The notes under the pieces were generated by a model. The model did no database searches and had not been told where the DNA came from. It saw nothing but the letters and a program-made list of their open reading frames with translations. A DNA stretch of 64,000 nt. Source: Candidatus Latescibacterota bacterium (GTDB lineage: Bacteria > Latescibacterota > UBA2968 > UBA8231). A program made the translations under genes and the position numbers. Below, piece after piece: positions 18,570 to 27,324 of the stretch (position 1 is the stretch's first letter; each line of letters begins with the position of its first letter). The DNA is taken from NCBI GenBank assembly GCA_965215195.1, contig CBDCDC010000002.1:1024001-1088000 (forward strand), read 5' to 3'.

Positions 18570-19460
18570 TTAACGCTCGGTCTGAAGCCTCTTTGCTCTT
18601 TTATCTAAGGCTTGGAACAACGGGCGGCTGGATCGCTCATATATCGTAAAAGACTTTTCTGCTTTTTCTTTATCAAATTTGGCGGATGCATCTATTTTAA
18701 TTGACCTTGTCCTCAGAGCAGAGGTTAAGTCAGAAGTTTTTGAAACTTCGTTAATTCGATCGATTAGGTCGTTCGTAGGAATGGTAAAACTTCCGTTGTC
18801 GTCCGTGCGGTACGTCGTATCTTTGTCGAATTGCGGAAGGGAGACAGAGACGGGATGATTGGGAATATTTATAGGGTCATCCAGTCTCGCCGGCAAGGTC
18901 TTCCAGTCTGTACTTTTTGTTTTTATGCCGCCTTTTATATCAAGAGGGTCCCGTAAGCCGTTTGTGCCGCCGTAAAAAAAAGAAAGTAACAAAGTCGATA
19001 ATGCGTCTGATGCAACACCAATAAGAATCGTTTTTTGATTCTCTTTAAAAAACTCTCTTTCCTTGATGTATTCGTCTCCTGCAAATAATTCATCCGGATA
19101 GAGTGCCCCAAAGTAAAACACAAGCTCCACAATGCTTAAACCAAGCATTATTGCTCGGCCTGGGCCCTTCACTCCCCATCTATATGTAGTAATTGCTCGG
19201 TGTTGTTCTTGGTAATAGGGTTGATATTGCAAATGGAAACTGATCCCATCACTCGTTGGCGTTGGCGTTGGCGTTAAGGCCAGTTTGAACTCTTTTTTAT
19301 TTAAGTCTGTTCTTCGTGTTTCTCGAGTTGTTTTGACTCCTTGCTTTTCCATTGAAAGAGGCATTATTAATGCACAACCCGTCAAGCTACATGCCATTAT
19401 GACAATGAGAGAGTCTCTAACCGGCCCCCTCAGATAAATAAGTAAAGTGCTGACTGGCAT
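18570..19460 (-). CDS. Hypothetical lipoprotein, paralog of 6879..7718
   Basis: LIVIMACSLTGC lipobox and blocks shared with the other copy. Confidence 0.8.
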   Translation of the reverse strand: MPVSTLLIYLRGPVRDSLIVIMACSLTGCALIMPLSMEKQGVKTTRETRRTDLNKKEFKLALTPTPTPTSDGISFHLQYQPYYQEQHRAITTYRWGVKGPGRAIMLGLSIVELVFYFGALYPDELFAGDEYIKEREFFKENQKTILIGVASDALSTLLLSFFYGGTNGLRDPLDIKGGIKTKSTDWKTLPARLDDPINIPNHPVSVSLPQFDKDTTYRTDDNGSFTIPTNDLIDRINEVSKTSDLTSALRTRSIKIDASAKFDKEKAEKSFTIYERSSRPLFQALDKRAKRLQTER

Positions 19461-19552
19461 TATACTTCCTTCCGTAACGCGCAAAACAGCCCTCCCTTGG
19501 GAATATAAAGGCCGCTTAACCCGAACAGACGTTCAGTTAGGTATTGCGTTAT

Positions 19553-19906
19553 CTACAAGAGGAGTAGATATACTGCGGCAGCCGCTGCAGACATTCGTCC
19601 ACCGCCTTCAACAGTAGCAATCGGGTCACTAAACCAACCCTTTCGTCCCTCATAAACTTCGTTATCTTCAACAGTAGCAATCGGGTCGCTAGACCAACCC
19701 TTCCTTCCCTTATAAACTTCGTTACCTTCAACAGTAGCAATCGGGTCGCTAGACCAACCCTTCCTTCCCTTATAAACTTCGTTACCTTCAACAGTAGCAA
19801 TCGGGTCGCTAGACCAACCCTTTGGGTAGGTAAACACCTCGCCTTTCTCCACTATCAGAATAGGATCGTCAGACCAACCCTTTTGACCTTGATAAACTTT
19901 AGCCAT
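19553..19906 (-). CDS. Small 20-aa tandem repeat protein with hydrophobic C-terminus
   Basis: GGAGG RBS then MAKVYQGQKGWSDDP; about 5 units of EVYKGRKGWSSDPIATVEGN at a 60-bp period. Confidence 0.75.
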   Translation of the reverse strand: MAKVYQGQKGWSDDPILIVEKGEVFTYPKGWSSDPIATVEGNEVYKGRKGWSSDPIATVEGNEVYKGRKGWSSDPIATVEDNEVYEGRKGWFSDPIATVEGGGRMSAAAAAVYLLLL

Positions 19907-20233
19907 TACTGCTAACCTCCTAGGCTTTGTACGATAAAAATAGATGTGAGCATAATCGAAATGCGCCTCTGGTTGGATGACTTGGCCAGTGAATGGCAAA
20001 AGGCGTACAGATGGACACCACACGACTCAAAATTTACTTACCTTACCCCGTAGCCCACTAAAGCGTATCGCTCCAGCAACACTCCGTTCCCCGACTGAAA
20101 CAAAAAACTGCGGGGATGGAGCCGTACAGACCACTGCCAACCCGGCATCGAATGAATCGCCAAGCGTTAGCGAAGCGATCATCCGACCCTTGAGCGGATC
20201 TAAGAGATTGTAGTCTAACGGCGGAAAAAAAGT

Positions 20234-20273
20234 GGGGGGGGGGGGGGTAAGTCTTTGTTTTTTAACGACTTAC
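20234..20273. promoter_or_regulatory. G14 homopolymer followed by an interrupted palindrome GTAAGTC-N13-GACTTAC
   Basis: Seen directly in the intergenic region upstream of the 20-kb minus-strand run; function inferred. Confidence 0.4.
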
Positions 20274-20528
20274 GGCGATTTTTGTCGGCGAAATCTTGGG
20301 GATAGAAGCAGGATGCGCCACTGCGACAGGCACTGCCAGCGGCAACTTCAATCTCAGATGTTGGATTGTTTATCATCTTCCTGTTCGTCCTCCGACGGGC
20401 GGCATAGCAGGCTCCGCTTTGCTTTAGGTGCTAAAAATATAGACGGTAAAAGCGTTGTCAAGAAAAAACTAACACGACAGATGGATGTAAGTGGTACAGC
20501 CTTGATTTAGGTTTGTTTCTCCGCCGCC

Positions 20529-22589
20529 CTAGTACGCCACCCCCACCATCCCATTCGCCATTTCGCGGCCCTTGTCGGTGTCCCAATCGAGTTGATAGAG
20601 GTACAGACCGGGCGGCACGAGCGCACCCTCTTCGTCGCGCCCGTTCCAAGTTTGGGCAAAGCTGCCGCTGCCGCTGCTAGCCGCGATTTGGCGCACTAGG
20701 CGGCCGGACAGGTCGTAGATCCGCAAGCGGATCGGCCGCAGGCTCTCCAAGTCGCGCAATTCGTAGGCAATCGCGACGTGGTCGTTGACGCCGTCGCCGT
20801 TGGGCGTAAAGGTCGCTGGCATGGCCTGCACGCTGCTGATGAGGCCGCCGCCCATAGGCGTACGCACGGATACTACATCGCCGCCAAAGCGGAACGTCGC
20901 ATTGCCCGGGGCGACCTGTTGCTTGAGCTCGGGGTCGGCGCTGTCGTACACCCAGCTTCTGAAGTCCGCGCCAAAGCGCAAGACCTTGGCGTCGAAGACC
21001 ACCTCAATCCGCTTCTCATTGTCGCGCGGCCCCACCAAGCGGTCGAATGAGACGATCAGGCGGTCGTCCTCGATCTCGGGCGGGAAGCGATCGCTGATCT
21101 CCTCGCCGTCGATGAGCACCGAATGCACCCGTTCCACCGGGATCTGGGTGAAAATTTCCAGCCGGTCAAAGCCCAAGTCGCTGGCGCGCAAGACCGGGCG
21201 CACCACATAGGTGAAGGTTTCAGCCGCAAAGCTCTCGGTGGCAATCGGCCAGATCTCCCCAACCACCTCTTGGGCCACTGGATCCTCGGAAAACAGCAGG
21301 GCCATGTTGTCGATGCGCGGCGCCGCGGCGCCGCTGGCGAACAGGATGGCCTCTAGCTGGAAGTAGCGCGCCGGACTCGGCGACAGCACGGGCGTACCGT
21401 CCTGCCACAAATCGGCCGGCAGCTCGGCCTGCCGCAGCCCAGCCGCGAACTCATAGGGCGCCGACCAGAGGCTCCAATGCTCTAGGTCGTAGCTCAATTC
21501 CACGTCGTCCCACCGCCGGCGGCCGAGCTGGGTCAGGTATTCGTCGAGAGTCGATACTTCGAGGGTGCCGGTCGGGCCGATGGTGCGATAGACGTTGGGC
21601 TGCGGCGCGTTGCCCGTGCGGGTGCGGAGCAAAAGCTGGGACCCCTCGGGCACCTCGCCTTGCCAGCGAATTTTGCTCCAAGCGACCTCGCGGCCAAAAT
21701 CCAAGATCGGGGTGCGGTAGGTCGTGCGGCTCACAAAGCCCTCGCCATAGAGTTCGAGCTCGGCGATCTCCCAGTCGCGCTCGGGGTCGAGCGGGCGAAT
21801 GGCGATCCACTTGAGGTCGCGGGTGGGAAAGCGCAAATCCACCACCACGTCGAGGCTCTCGCGGTTGCGCGCCAAGATGTTAAAGGCCGGGTCGTTGGGC
21901 GCGCCCAAGGCCGCGTCGATAACCATGTACCACCGCTTGCCGCGCTGGCTGCGGTCGAAGTTGCTGTCCCAAAACGGCGCAGTGTGGTCGGCCACGCCGA
22001 TTTCGTACCACGCCAAGTAGTTGTCCTCAAACCCGGGCCGGGGAAAGAAGCGGATGCGGTTGATGGGCAGCTCGGCCCCCAAGTGAATGACGTTGTTTTT
22101 GACCACGCCGGGGTTGTTGCGGCCGGCCAAGCGCGGCGGCTCGGGCACTCGCACCAGCATGGCGGTCGTGGGATCGCCGTCGATGAGAAACTGCAAGGGC
22201 TGGGAGTCGGTCACCAAGTGCGTACCGCCGTAAATGCTGGCCGTGTAAAAGTGCCCTTGGCGCTCCTTGATCGACCGCGCCAAGTTTTCGCTCGGGTCGA
22301 TGTACAGCGGGCGCAGGCCGCCGTCGGCAAAGTCGATCAAGGTATCGACGCCCGCAGTGTTGAAGCGCACACTGACCTCTTCGGCGACCGCGCCAATGGC
22401 CACCTCCTCGACGATGCGGCCCTCGGCGTCGAGCAGCACGTACGAAGCGGTCTGCTCGGCCACCAGTGCCTGCCAAGAATTGCCGTCCGCGCCGCCGAGG
22501 CGGAACTCGCCGCGGCCCCACGCGCTGGTGGCCCAAGCCACGGCCAGCACCGCGCTCAGCCAGCCCAGCCGCTCTATCCGATTCAGCAC
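20529..22589 (-). CDS. Large secreted protein with FlgD-Ig/CHU_C-like C-terminal domain (VAY family, copy 1)
   Basis: Signal peptide after AAAGGAGA RBS and GTG 22589; FTPNGDGVND, YDLSGRLVR, WNGRD..G..VPPGLY; ends GVAY. Confidence 0.85.
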   Translation of the reverse strand: MLNRIERLGWLSAVLAVAWATSAWGRGEFRLGGADGNSWQALVAEQTASYVLLDAEGRIVEEVAIGAVAEEVSVRFNTAGVDTLIDFADGGLRPLYIDPSENLARSIKERQGHFYTASIYGGTHLVTDSQPLQFLIDGDPTTAMLVRVPEPPRLAGRNNPGVVKNNVIHLGAELPINRIRFFPRPGFEDNYLAWYEIGVADHTAPFWDSNFDRSQRGKRWYMVIDAALGAPNDPAFNILARNRESLDVVVDLRFPTRDLKWIAIRPLDPERDWEIAELELYGEGFVSRTTYRTPILDFGREVAWSKIRWQGEVPEGSQLLLRTRTGNAPQPNVYRTIGPTGTLEVSTLDEYLTQLGRRRWDDVELSYDLEHWSLWSAPYEFAAGLRQAELPADLWQDGTPVLSPSPARYFQLEAILFASGAAAPRIDNMALLFSEDPVAQEVVGEIWPIATESFAAETFTYVVRPVLRASDLGFDRLEIFTQIPVERVHSVLIDGEEISDRFPPEIEDDRLIVSFDRLVGPRDNEKRIEVVFDAKVLRFGADFRSWVYDSADPELKQQVAPGNATFRFGGDVVSVRTPMGGGLISSVQAMPATFTPNGDGVNDHVAIAYELRDLESLRPIRLRIYDLSGRLVRQIAASSGSGSFAQTWNGRDEEGALVPPGLYLYQLDWDTDKGREMANGMVGVAY

Positions 22590-22605
22590 GACGTCTCCTT
22601 TCATT

Positions 22606-24654
22606 CTAGTACGCCACGCCCAAAGGCCGCACGATCTGCCCGCTGCGCGCATCCCCTTGCACCTCGATCCGCACCAAGTACATGCCCGGAGCGACGCGCC
22701 GGCCCCGCTCGTCTGTGCCGTCCCAATGCACGGCCTCGTACGCGCCGTTTTGCCCCTCAACGTCAAAGAGGCGGCGCACCTGCCGGCCCCCCAAATCCCA
22801 CAGGTCGATCACAATCCGCGCTTTGCCGATGACCGCCAGCACCTCGAAGTTCACGTCAAGGACGTCGTTTACCCCGTCCCCATTGGGCGTCAAGACTGCG
22901 CTGCCGAGGGCGAAACGACCGATCAAGCTGCCCTCGTTCACCGCCCGGCTCAGCACGGTCGTCCCCGACTCGGTCGCCACGTCGCCTGCGGCCAAAAAGG
23001 CCGCGTCGCCCGGGGTAATGCCCTGAAAGGCATCCTCCGCTAGCAGCAGGGCGCGGCCGCCAAAGCGGGTGCTAAAGGCCAGCACCCGGCTGACGAAGTG
23101 GATTTTCAGCACCGCGTCGTGCTGGTCTATGGCCGGGAAACTCACCGCAAAGCGCTCGTCGTCCATGGCGGTGATCGCGACCTCGCCTTCGGTCGTGACC
23201 CCATCGGCGACCGCAAAGGCGTGGTTGAGCACCTGCTGGCCGCTGGCGTCGATGATCTCGATCCGCTCGACGCGGCCCACGCGACTGGGGGTAAACACCT
23301 CAAAGCTGTTGAAGCCCTGCACGGGATCGCTCTCCATCACCGCTCGCACTGCGTACACAAAGGGCACGTCCGCGGCGGCCGGCACCTCGCGGGGGAAGAT
23401 CTCGCCAACGAGGGCATCGGCCAGCGGCGGCGTGGAAAATTCGAGGCCGATCTGCTGGAGAATGTGACTCGCTTCCAAGTGCCGGCTGTGAAATTCCACG
23501 CGAAATTGGAAGTAGCGGCTGGGGCCGGGCGAGAGAACCTGCGTGCCCGCAGCCAGCTCCTCCAGCGCATAGGGCGAGGTCCACGGGCTCCAGTTTGCCA
23601 AGTCGTCGCGCACTGAGCCGCGCTCCCAATCGTCGCCCTGACGCCCGCGCTCGGGCAGCTTTAAGTACTCGTTGCGCAGCAGCGGCTCGTCCGGATTGGC
23701 TGCGGACAGGGGGATCTCTGGGGCGTCTTGCAGACCCACCTGCTTGCGGGTGTACGCCAAGGGACTGGGGTCGTGGCCGCTGCGGGTGCGCAACTGCACG
23801 TCGGCGAGGTCCGCCGCGCCTACTTGCTGCTGCAAGGTGCGGATGAGGCCCCAATTGGCCGGGCTGCCCATGTCGATGATCGGCGAGATGTAGCGCGCCG
23901 TTGGAAAGAACCCCTCGCCAAAGACTTGGAGCTTCTCAATCTCAAAGGGAATGGCCGACGTGGCCCGCAGGCGGATAAAGCGAATGTAGCGCGGCGGATC
24001 GATAGGCACTTGGGTGATCCGATCGCTGTTGTCGTTGCGCACGGCATAGGTTTCCCAGATCGGGTTGCCCGAGCTGGTCAGCACCAAGCCGTCGTTGATC
24101 TCCACTTCAAAGTTTTTCAAAAAGTCGTTTTGGAAGGGGGTGCCGGGCGAGGCAAAGACCGTGTTGCGCGGGAAGAAGCGCAGCCGGTTGACCCCAAAGC
24201 GCGCGCCTAGGTCGAGAATGAGCTGGGTCCCCAAGATGTCGTCCCCTTTGCGCTCAAAGGCCTGCCCGGTGGGCTCGGCCGCGAGCATGTCCTCGAAAAT
24301 CACCTGTAGCTGCAAGGCGGTCAGGTCGAAGACGGTCGGGGCGCGCAGGGAGCCGCCGCGCTCTATCACCTCGGTGGCCAAGTTCTGCTCGGCACCCACC
24401 CGGCGCGGCAGGATGCTGCCCGCAAAATCCGCGCTGTCAAACTCAATTAAGTCGGCCGGCGCATGGCCTATTTCGGTGACATTGGGGTCGAGAAAGGAGC
24501 GGTGCTCGGGCCGGATCGCGGAGATGCCCTCGGCCCCTTGGACCCGCCCGGTCCACGAGATTTGGCCGTCCTGCCCGATGAGCAGGACTTGTCGGGCCGC
24601 TAGCGGTTGCACCAAGCACACAGTTAGGACCCCAATCAGCAACGCGGCTTTCAT
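22606..24654 (-). CDS. VAY family secreted protein, copy 2
   Basis: Signal peptide; DLGARFGVNRLRFFP, SPGPSRYFQ, LTPNGDGVND; ends GVAY. Confidence 0.88.
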   Translation of the reverse strand: MKAALLIGVLTVCLVQPLAARQVLLIGQDGQISWTGRVQGAEGISAIRPEHRSFLDPNVTEIGHAPADLIEFDSADFAGSILPRRVGAEQNLATEVIERGGSLRAPTVFDLTALQLQVIFEDMLAAEPTGQAFERKGDDILGTQLILDLGARFGVNRLRFFPRNTVFASPGTPFQNDFLKNFEVEINDGLVLTSSGNPIWETYAVRNDNSDRITQVPIDPPRYIRFIRLRATSAIPFEIEKLQVFGEGFFPTARYISPIIDMGSPANWGLIRTLQQQVGAADLADVQLRTRSGHDPSPLAYTRKQVGLQDAPEIPLSAANPDEPLLRNEYLKLPERGRQGDDWERGSVRDDLANWSPWTSPYALEELAAGTQVLSPGPSRYFQFRVEFHSRHLEASHILQQIGLEFSTPPLADALVGEIFPREVPAAADVPFVYAVRAVMESDPVQGFNSFEVFTPSRVGRVERIEIIDASGQQVLNHAFAVADGVTTEGEVAITAMDDERFAVSFPAIDQHDAVLKIHFVSRVLAFSTRFGGRALLLAEDAFQGITPGDAAFLAAGDVATESGTTVLSRAVNEGSLIGRFALGSAVLTPNGDGVNDVLDVNFEVLAVIGKARIVIDLWDLGGRQVRRLFDVEGQNGAYEAVHWDGTDERGRRVAPGMYLVRIEVQGDARSGQIVRPLGVAY

Positions 24655-24995
24655 GGCGAGGCCCGTCCCGACCGCTGGCGCTCTTCAATCACAACGCCCC
24701 CGTCATCCCATACTTCCAAGGTTACGCTACTGTCTTGGAGCAAGGACATTCCGCGCAGAGATTCCTCATCCCCAAGGTAGGCGTTTAATACTACGGATTC
24801 GCCATTAGCGAGTGTTGCGCTGCGCCGACCTAACAGAACTAACCCCAGTTGTTGGATGACGTCCTGCGGTAGCGTCAAATCGCCGTTATACCCTGTGTCC
24901 AAGACGGCCTCTAATGAATGGAAAAGTCCGTCCTTGCCTACGAAGGCGACGATGATTACTGCTTCGAGGTAATGGTTTATCTTGCCCGTAATCAT
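24651..24995 (-). CDS. Clan AA (retropepsin-like) aspartic protease, possibly internally deleted
   Basis: AVLDTGYNGDLTLP, LANG, GMSLL; the spacing between LANG and GMSLL looks short. Confidence 0.75.
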   Translation of the reverse strand: MITGKINHYLEAVIIVAFVGKDGLFHSLEAVLDTGYNGDLTLPQDVIQQLGLVLLGRRSATLANGESVVLNAYLGDEESLRGMSLLQDSSVTLEVWDDGGVVIEERQRSGRASP

Positions 24996-25249
24996 GGCTT
25001 GGGCGTCAAGTGTCTGCCGCCGATGCGGTAAGCTATGCGATAACCGACTCGTACCGCATCAGGCCGCCGCTCCAGCAGCTTCAGCGTAGCCGTTACGTCC
25101 CTTGAGTCTAGCTCGTAGTCGCCGGTCTCAATGTCAATAATCACGAACTTTCCTTTTTCTGTCGTCTCCACCAAGCTGCGTATCTGTTCCCGGTAGATGG
25201 CTTCCCCTCGGGCTGTTATTTCCTCGGGGCTATAAGCGTGGCCTGCCAT
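24992..25249 (-). CDS. Small hypothetical protein coupled to the aspartic protease
   Basis: 85 aa, RGEAIY..GKFVIIDIETGDYE; GGAGG RBS; ATGA overlap with the protease gene. Confidence 0.7.
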   Translation of the reverse strand: MAGHAYSPEEITARGEAIYREQIRSLVETTEKGKFVIIDIETGDYELDSRDVTATLKLLERRPDAVRVGYRIAYRIGGRHLTPKP

Positions 25250-25552
25250 AGTACCCTCCTTTTGGATCGGCTAAATAGTGTTCATGGCGTATTAGGCGGT
25301 TGTCAGTCCGTGCGAAACCGCAGGAGGTCAACGTTCATATCAGACAGGACAGAAACTCGGCTTGGTGGCGAGACTTAGGGACAGCACTTGACGCAGGTCC
25401 CCTTTTCAACTTTATAGATTAGCTTCACAGTACAGCAGCGGACGGTTTAGGTTGAGATTGTTGGGCAGCAACCAATAAACTCAATATCGGGCTGTACTTC
25501 AATCTATCTCTTGGTATCGCGTATTAAAAATTTTGGCTCGCGGAGAAGAGTT

Positions 25553-25918
25553 GTGGCGACCGATATTGCAGTTAAAGAACAGCAAGCGAGGCATTTGATC
25601 GCTCAGGAGACTATTGATGCCATCGTCCAAGTTATTGCCGATCGTCTTGCACCCAAGCTCATCATCCTGTTCGGCTCATACGCCTCTGGCTGCCCCACGC
25701 CCGATAGCGACCTCGATCTGTTGGTCGTCATGGATACCGATCTACTCCCGCACCAGCGTACCACGCCGATCCGATTGCTGTTCAAACCAGTGCCCTGTGC
25801 CTTGGATCTCTTGGTCTATACGCCCGCAGAAGTGGCTTATTGGAACGGCACGGTAAACCACATTATTACCGCAGTATTTCAACACGGCAAAGTAGTCTAT
25901 GAACAGCCAGCACCTTGA
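25553..25918 (+). CDS. Minimal nucleotidyltransferase (MNT antitoxin)
   Basis: ILFGSYASG..DSDLDLLVV..DLLVYTP. Confidence 0.9.
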   Translation: MATDIAVKEQQARHLIAQETIDAIVQVIADRLAPKLIILFGSYASGCPTPDSDLDLLVVMDTDLLPHQRTTPIRLLFKPVPCALDLLVYTPAEVAYWNGTVNHIITAVFQHGKVVYEQPAP

Positions 25919-26274
25919 ACTGGCCCAGCACTGGCTGCGAAAGGCCGATAACGATCTGATCACCGCCCGGCAGACGCTTTTGCTGTCCGGCGGACCGACT
26001 GATACGCCCTGCTTTCACGCCCAGCAGGCCATTGAAAAGGCTTTGAAAGCTCTGCTGACCGCCGCCCAAATCCCTTTTCAGCGCATCCACGATCTGAGCC
26101 GCCTGTTGGATCAAGCCCACCCTCTATTGCCCGCTTTGGAATCCTTCAGGGAAGGTTTAGCCGCCATTTCCAATTATGCGGTTGACACGCGCTACCCCGA
26201 AAGAAGCCGTTGAAGCCCTAGCCACCGCTGAAAAGGTGATGGCGATGATTCGCCCTGAGATCGAACCTGACTAA
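25899..26274 (+). pseudogene. HEPN domain protein with a C-terminal deletion/frameshift
   Basis: WLRKADNDL, CFHAQQAIEKALKA, IHDL, TRYP; stops at 26213, while the expected final helix EAVEALATAEKV continues in another frame to TAA 26274. Confidence 0.78.
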
Positions 26275-26283
26275 ACGCGGCTT

Positions 26284-27324
26284 TCACGGCGTTTTCCCAG
26301 ACAATTGTTTCAGCAAGACGTCCCTTTCGGTTTGGACGCGCGCGGCGACTTTGGCGCGCTGCTGGTGGCGCTGGTACTGGGCAAACGCTTCCCGTGCGGC
26401 GGCCTCCTCACCCAGCAGCCCGTGCAGCTTGCTCAGAAAAAAATGCACCCGGTAGTCGCCCGGGGTAGCTTCAGCCAGCTCAGCGACACAAGTGAGGGCC
26501 TCGCGGTAGCGCCCCTGCCAGAACAGCAGCTTGCCCAAGCCCCACAAGTCGGCGTTTGAACCGGGCCTTTCCGCGAGTGCGGCTTCGAGCTGCTCTTCCG
26601 CCTTTTGCATGGCTTCCTCCCCGACCAGCCCTTGCGGCCGCCACCAACCCTCGGCCCTTGCGCGGCCCAAGTCGCCGCGGCGGCGGTCCATCTCAATGAG
26701 GAGATCCGCCAGCCCCAAGGCCGCTTGCCGCGCATAGGGCTTTTGGCCCAATAGCTCGGCGTAGGCCGCAATCGCTGGTTCGGCCCGGCCTTCGGCCTCG
26801 TACATGCGCGCTAGCTGGTAACGCGCCCGGCTGCTGTCGGGACGCAACGTTAGCAAGTCGCCGTAGGACTGGGCCGCACTCGGCAAGTCGCCGCTCAAGC
26901 GCTGGGCGTCTCCCAAGCGACCCAGCAACGCGGCCGGATCGCCACCTTGGTCGAGCAGGGTCCGGTAGAGGCTGGCGGCGGCAGCCGGTTGCCCGGCAGC
27001 TACGTAGCGGGCCGCCAGCAACTCCTGTGCGCGACTTTCTTCGGGCCAGCGCTCCAACAGCTCGCGGTACGCCGCAATGGCCTTGGCGTGTTCGTCCTTT
27101 TCGCCATAGAGGGCTCCGAGCGCGTAATAGGCGGCGGGAAAATCGACCCCTGCCGCAACCGCACTCCGGTACTCGCGCAGGGCGTTGGCCTGCATGCCCT
27201 GCGCTTGGTATGCGTGGCCCGACCAGTAGTGCTGCTCTCCTTTTGATCTCCCATCGCATGCATTGAGACCCATACTGAGCGCGATGACGCGACCGCACTG
27301 GGCCAATATGGCTAGCCGGCGCAT
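26284..27324 (-). CDS. TPR repeat protein, possible lipoprotein
   Basis: AYYALGALY..AIAAY and ARYQLARMY..AIAAY helical repeats; GLNAC near the N-terminus. Confidence 0.85.
   Translation of the reverse strand: MRRLAILAQCGRVIALSMGLNACDGRSKGEQHYWSGHAYQAQGMQANALREYRSAVAAGVDFPAAYYALGALYGEKDEHAKAIAAYRELLERWPEESRAQELLAARYVAAGQPAAAASLYRTLLDQGGDPAALLGRLGDAQRLSGDLPSAAQSYGDLLTLRPDSSRARYQLARMYEAEGRAEPAIAAYAELLGQKPYARQAALGLADLLIEMDRRRGDLGRARAEGWWRPQGLVGEEAMQKAEEQLEAALAERPGSNADLWGLGKLLFWQGRYREALTCVAELAEATPGDYRVHFFLSKLHGLLGEEAAAREAFAQYQRHQQRAKVAARVQTERDVLLKQLSGKTP

Noticed and set aside
19514-19542. Integron attC-like site (ACCTAAC..GTTAAGC on the minus strand)
   Set aside because: Only about 29 bp, far shorter than attC sites; no integrase or repeated copies; more likely a simple hairpin.
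19600-19890. 60-bp periodic repeat as a CRISPR array
   Set aside because: Units are contiguous with no unique spacers, keep an open frame with an RBS, and no cas genes are present.
25388-25420. Sigma70 promoter (TTGACG) for MNT-HEPN
   Set aside because: No convincing -10 at 16-18 bp spacing; too weak to call.
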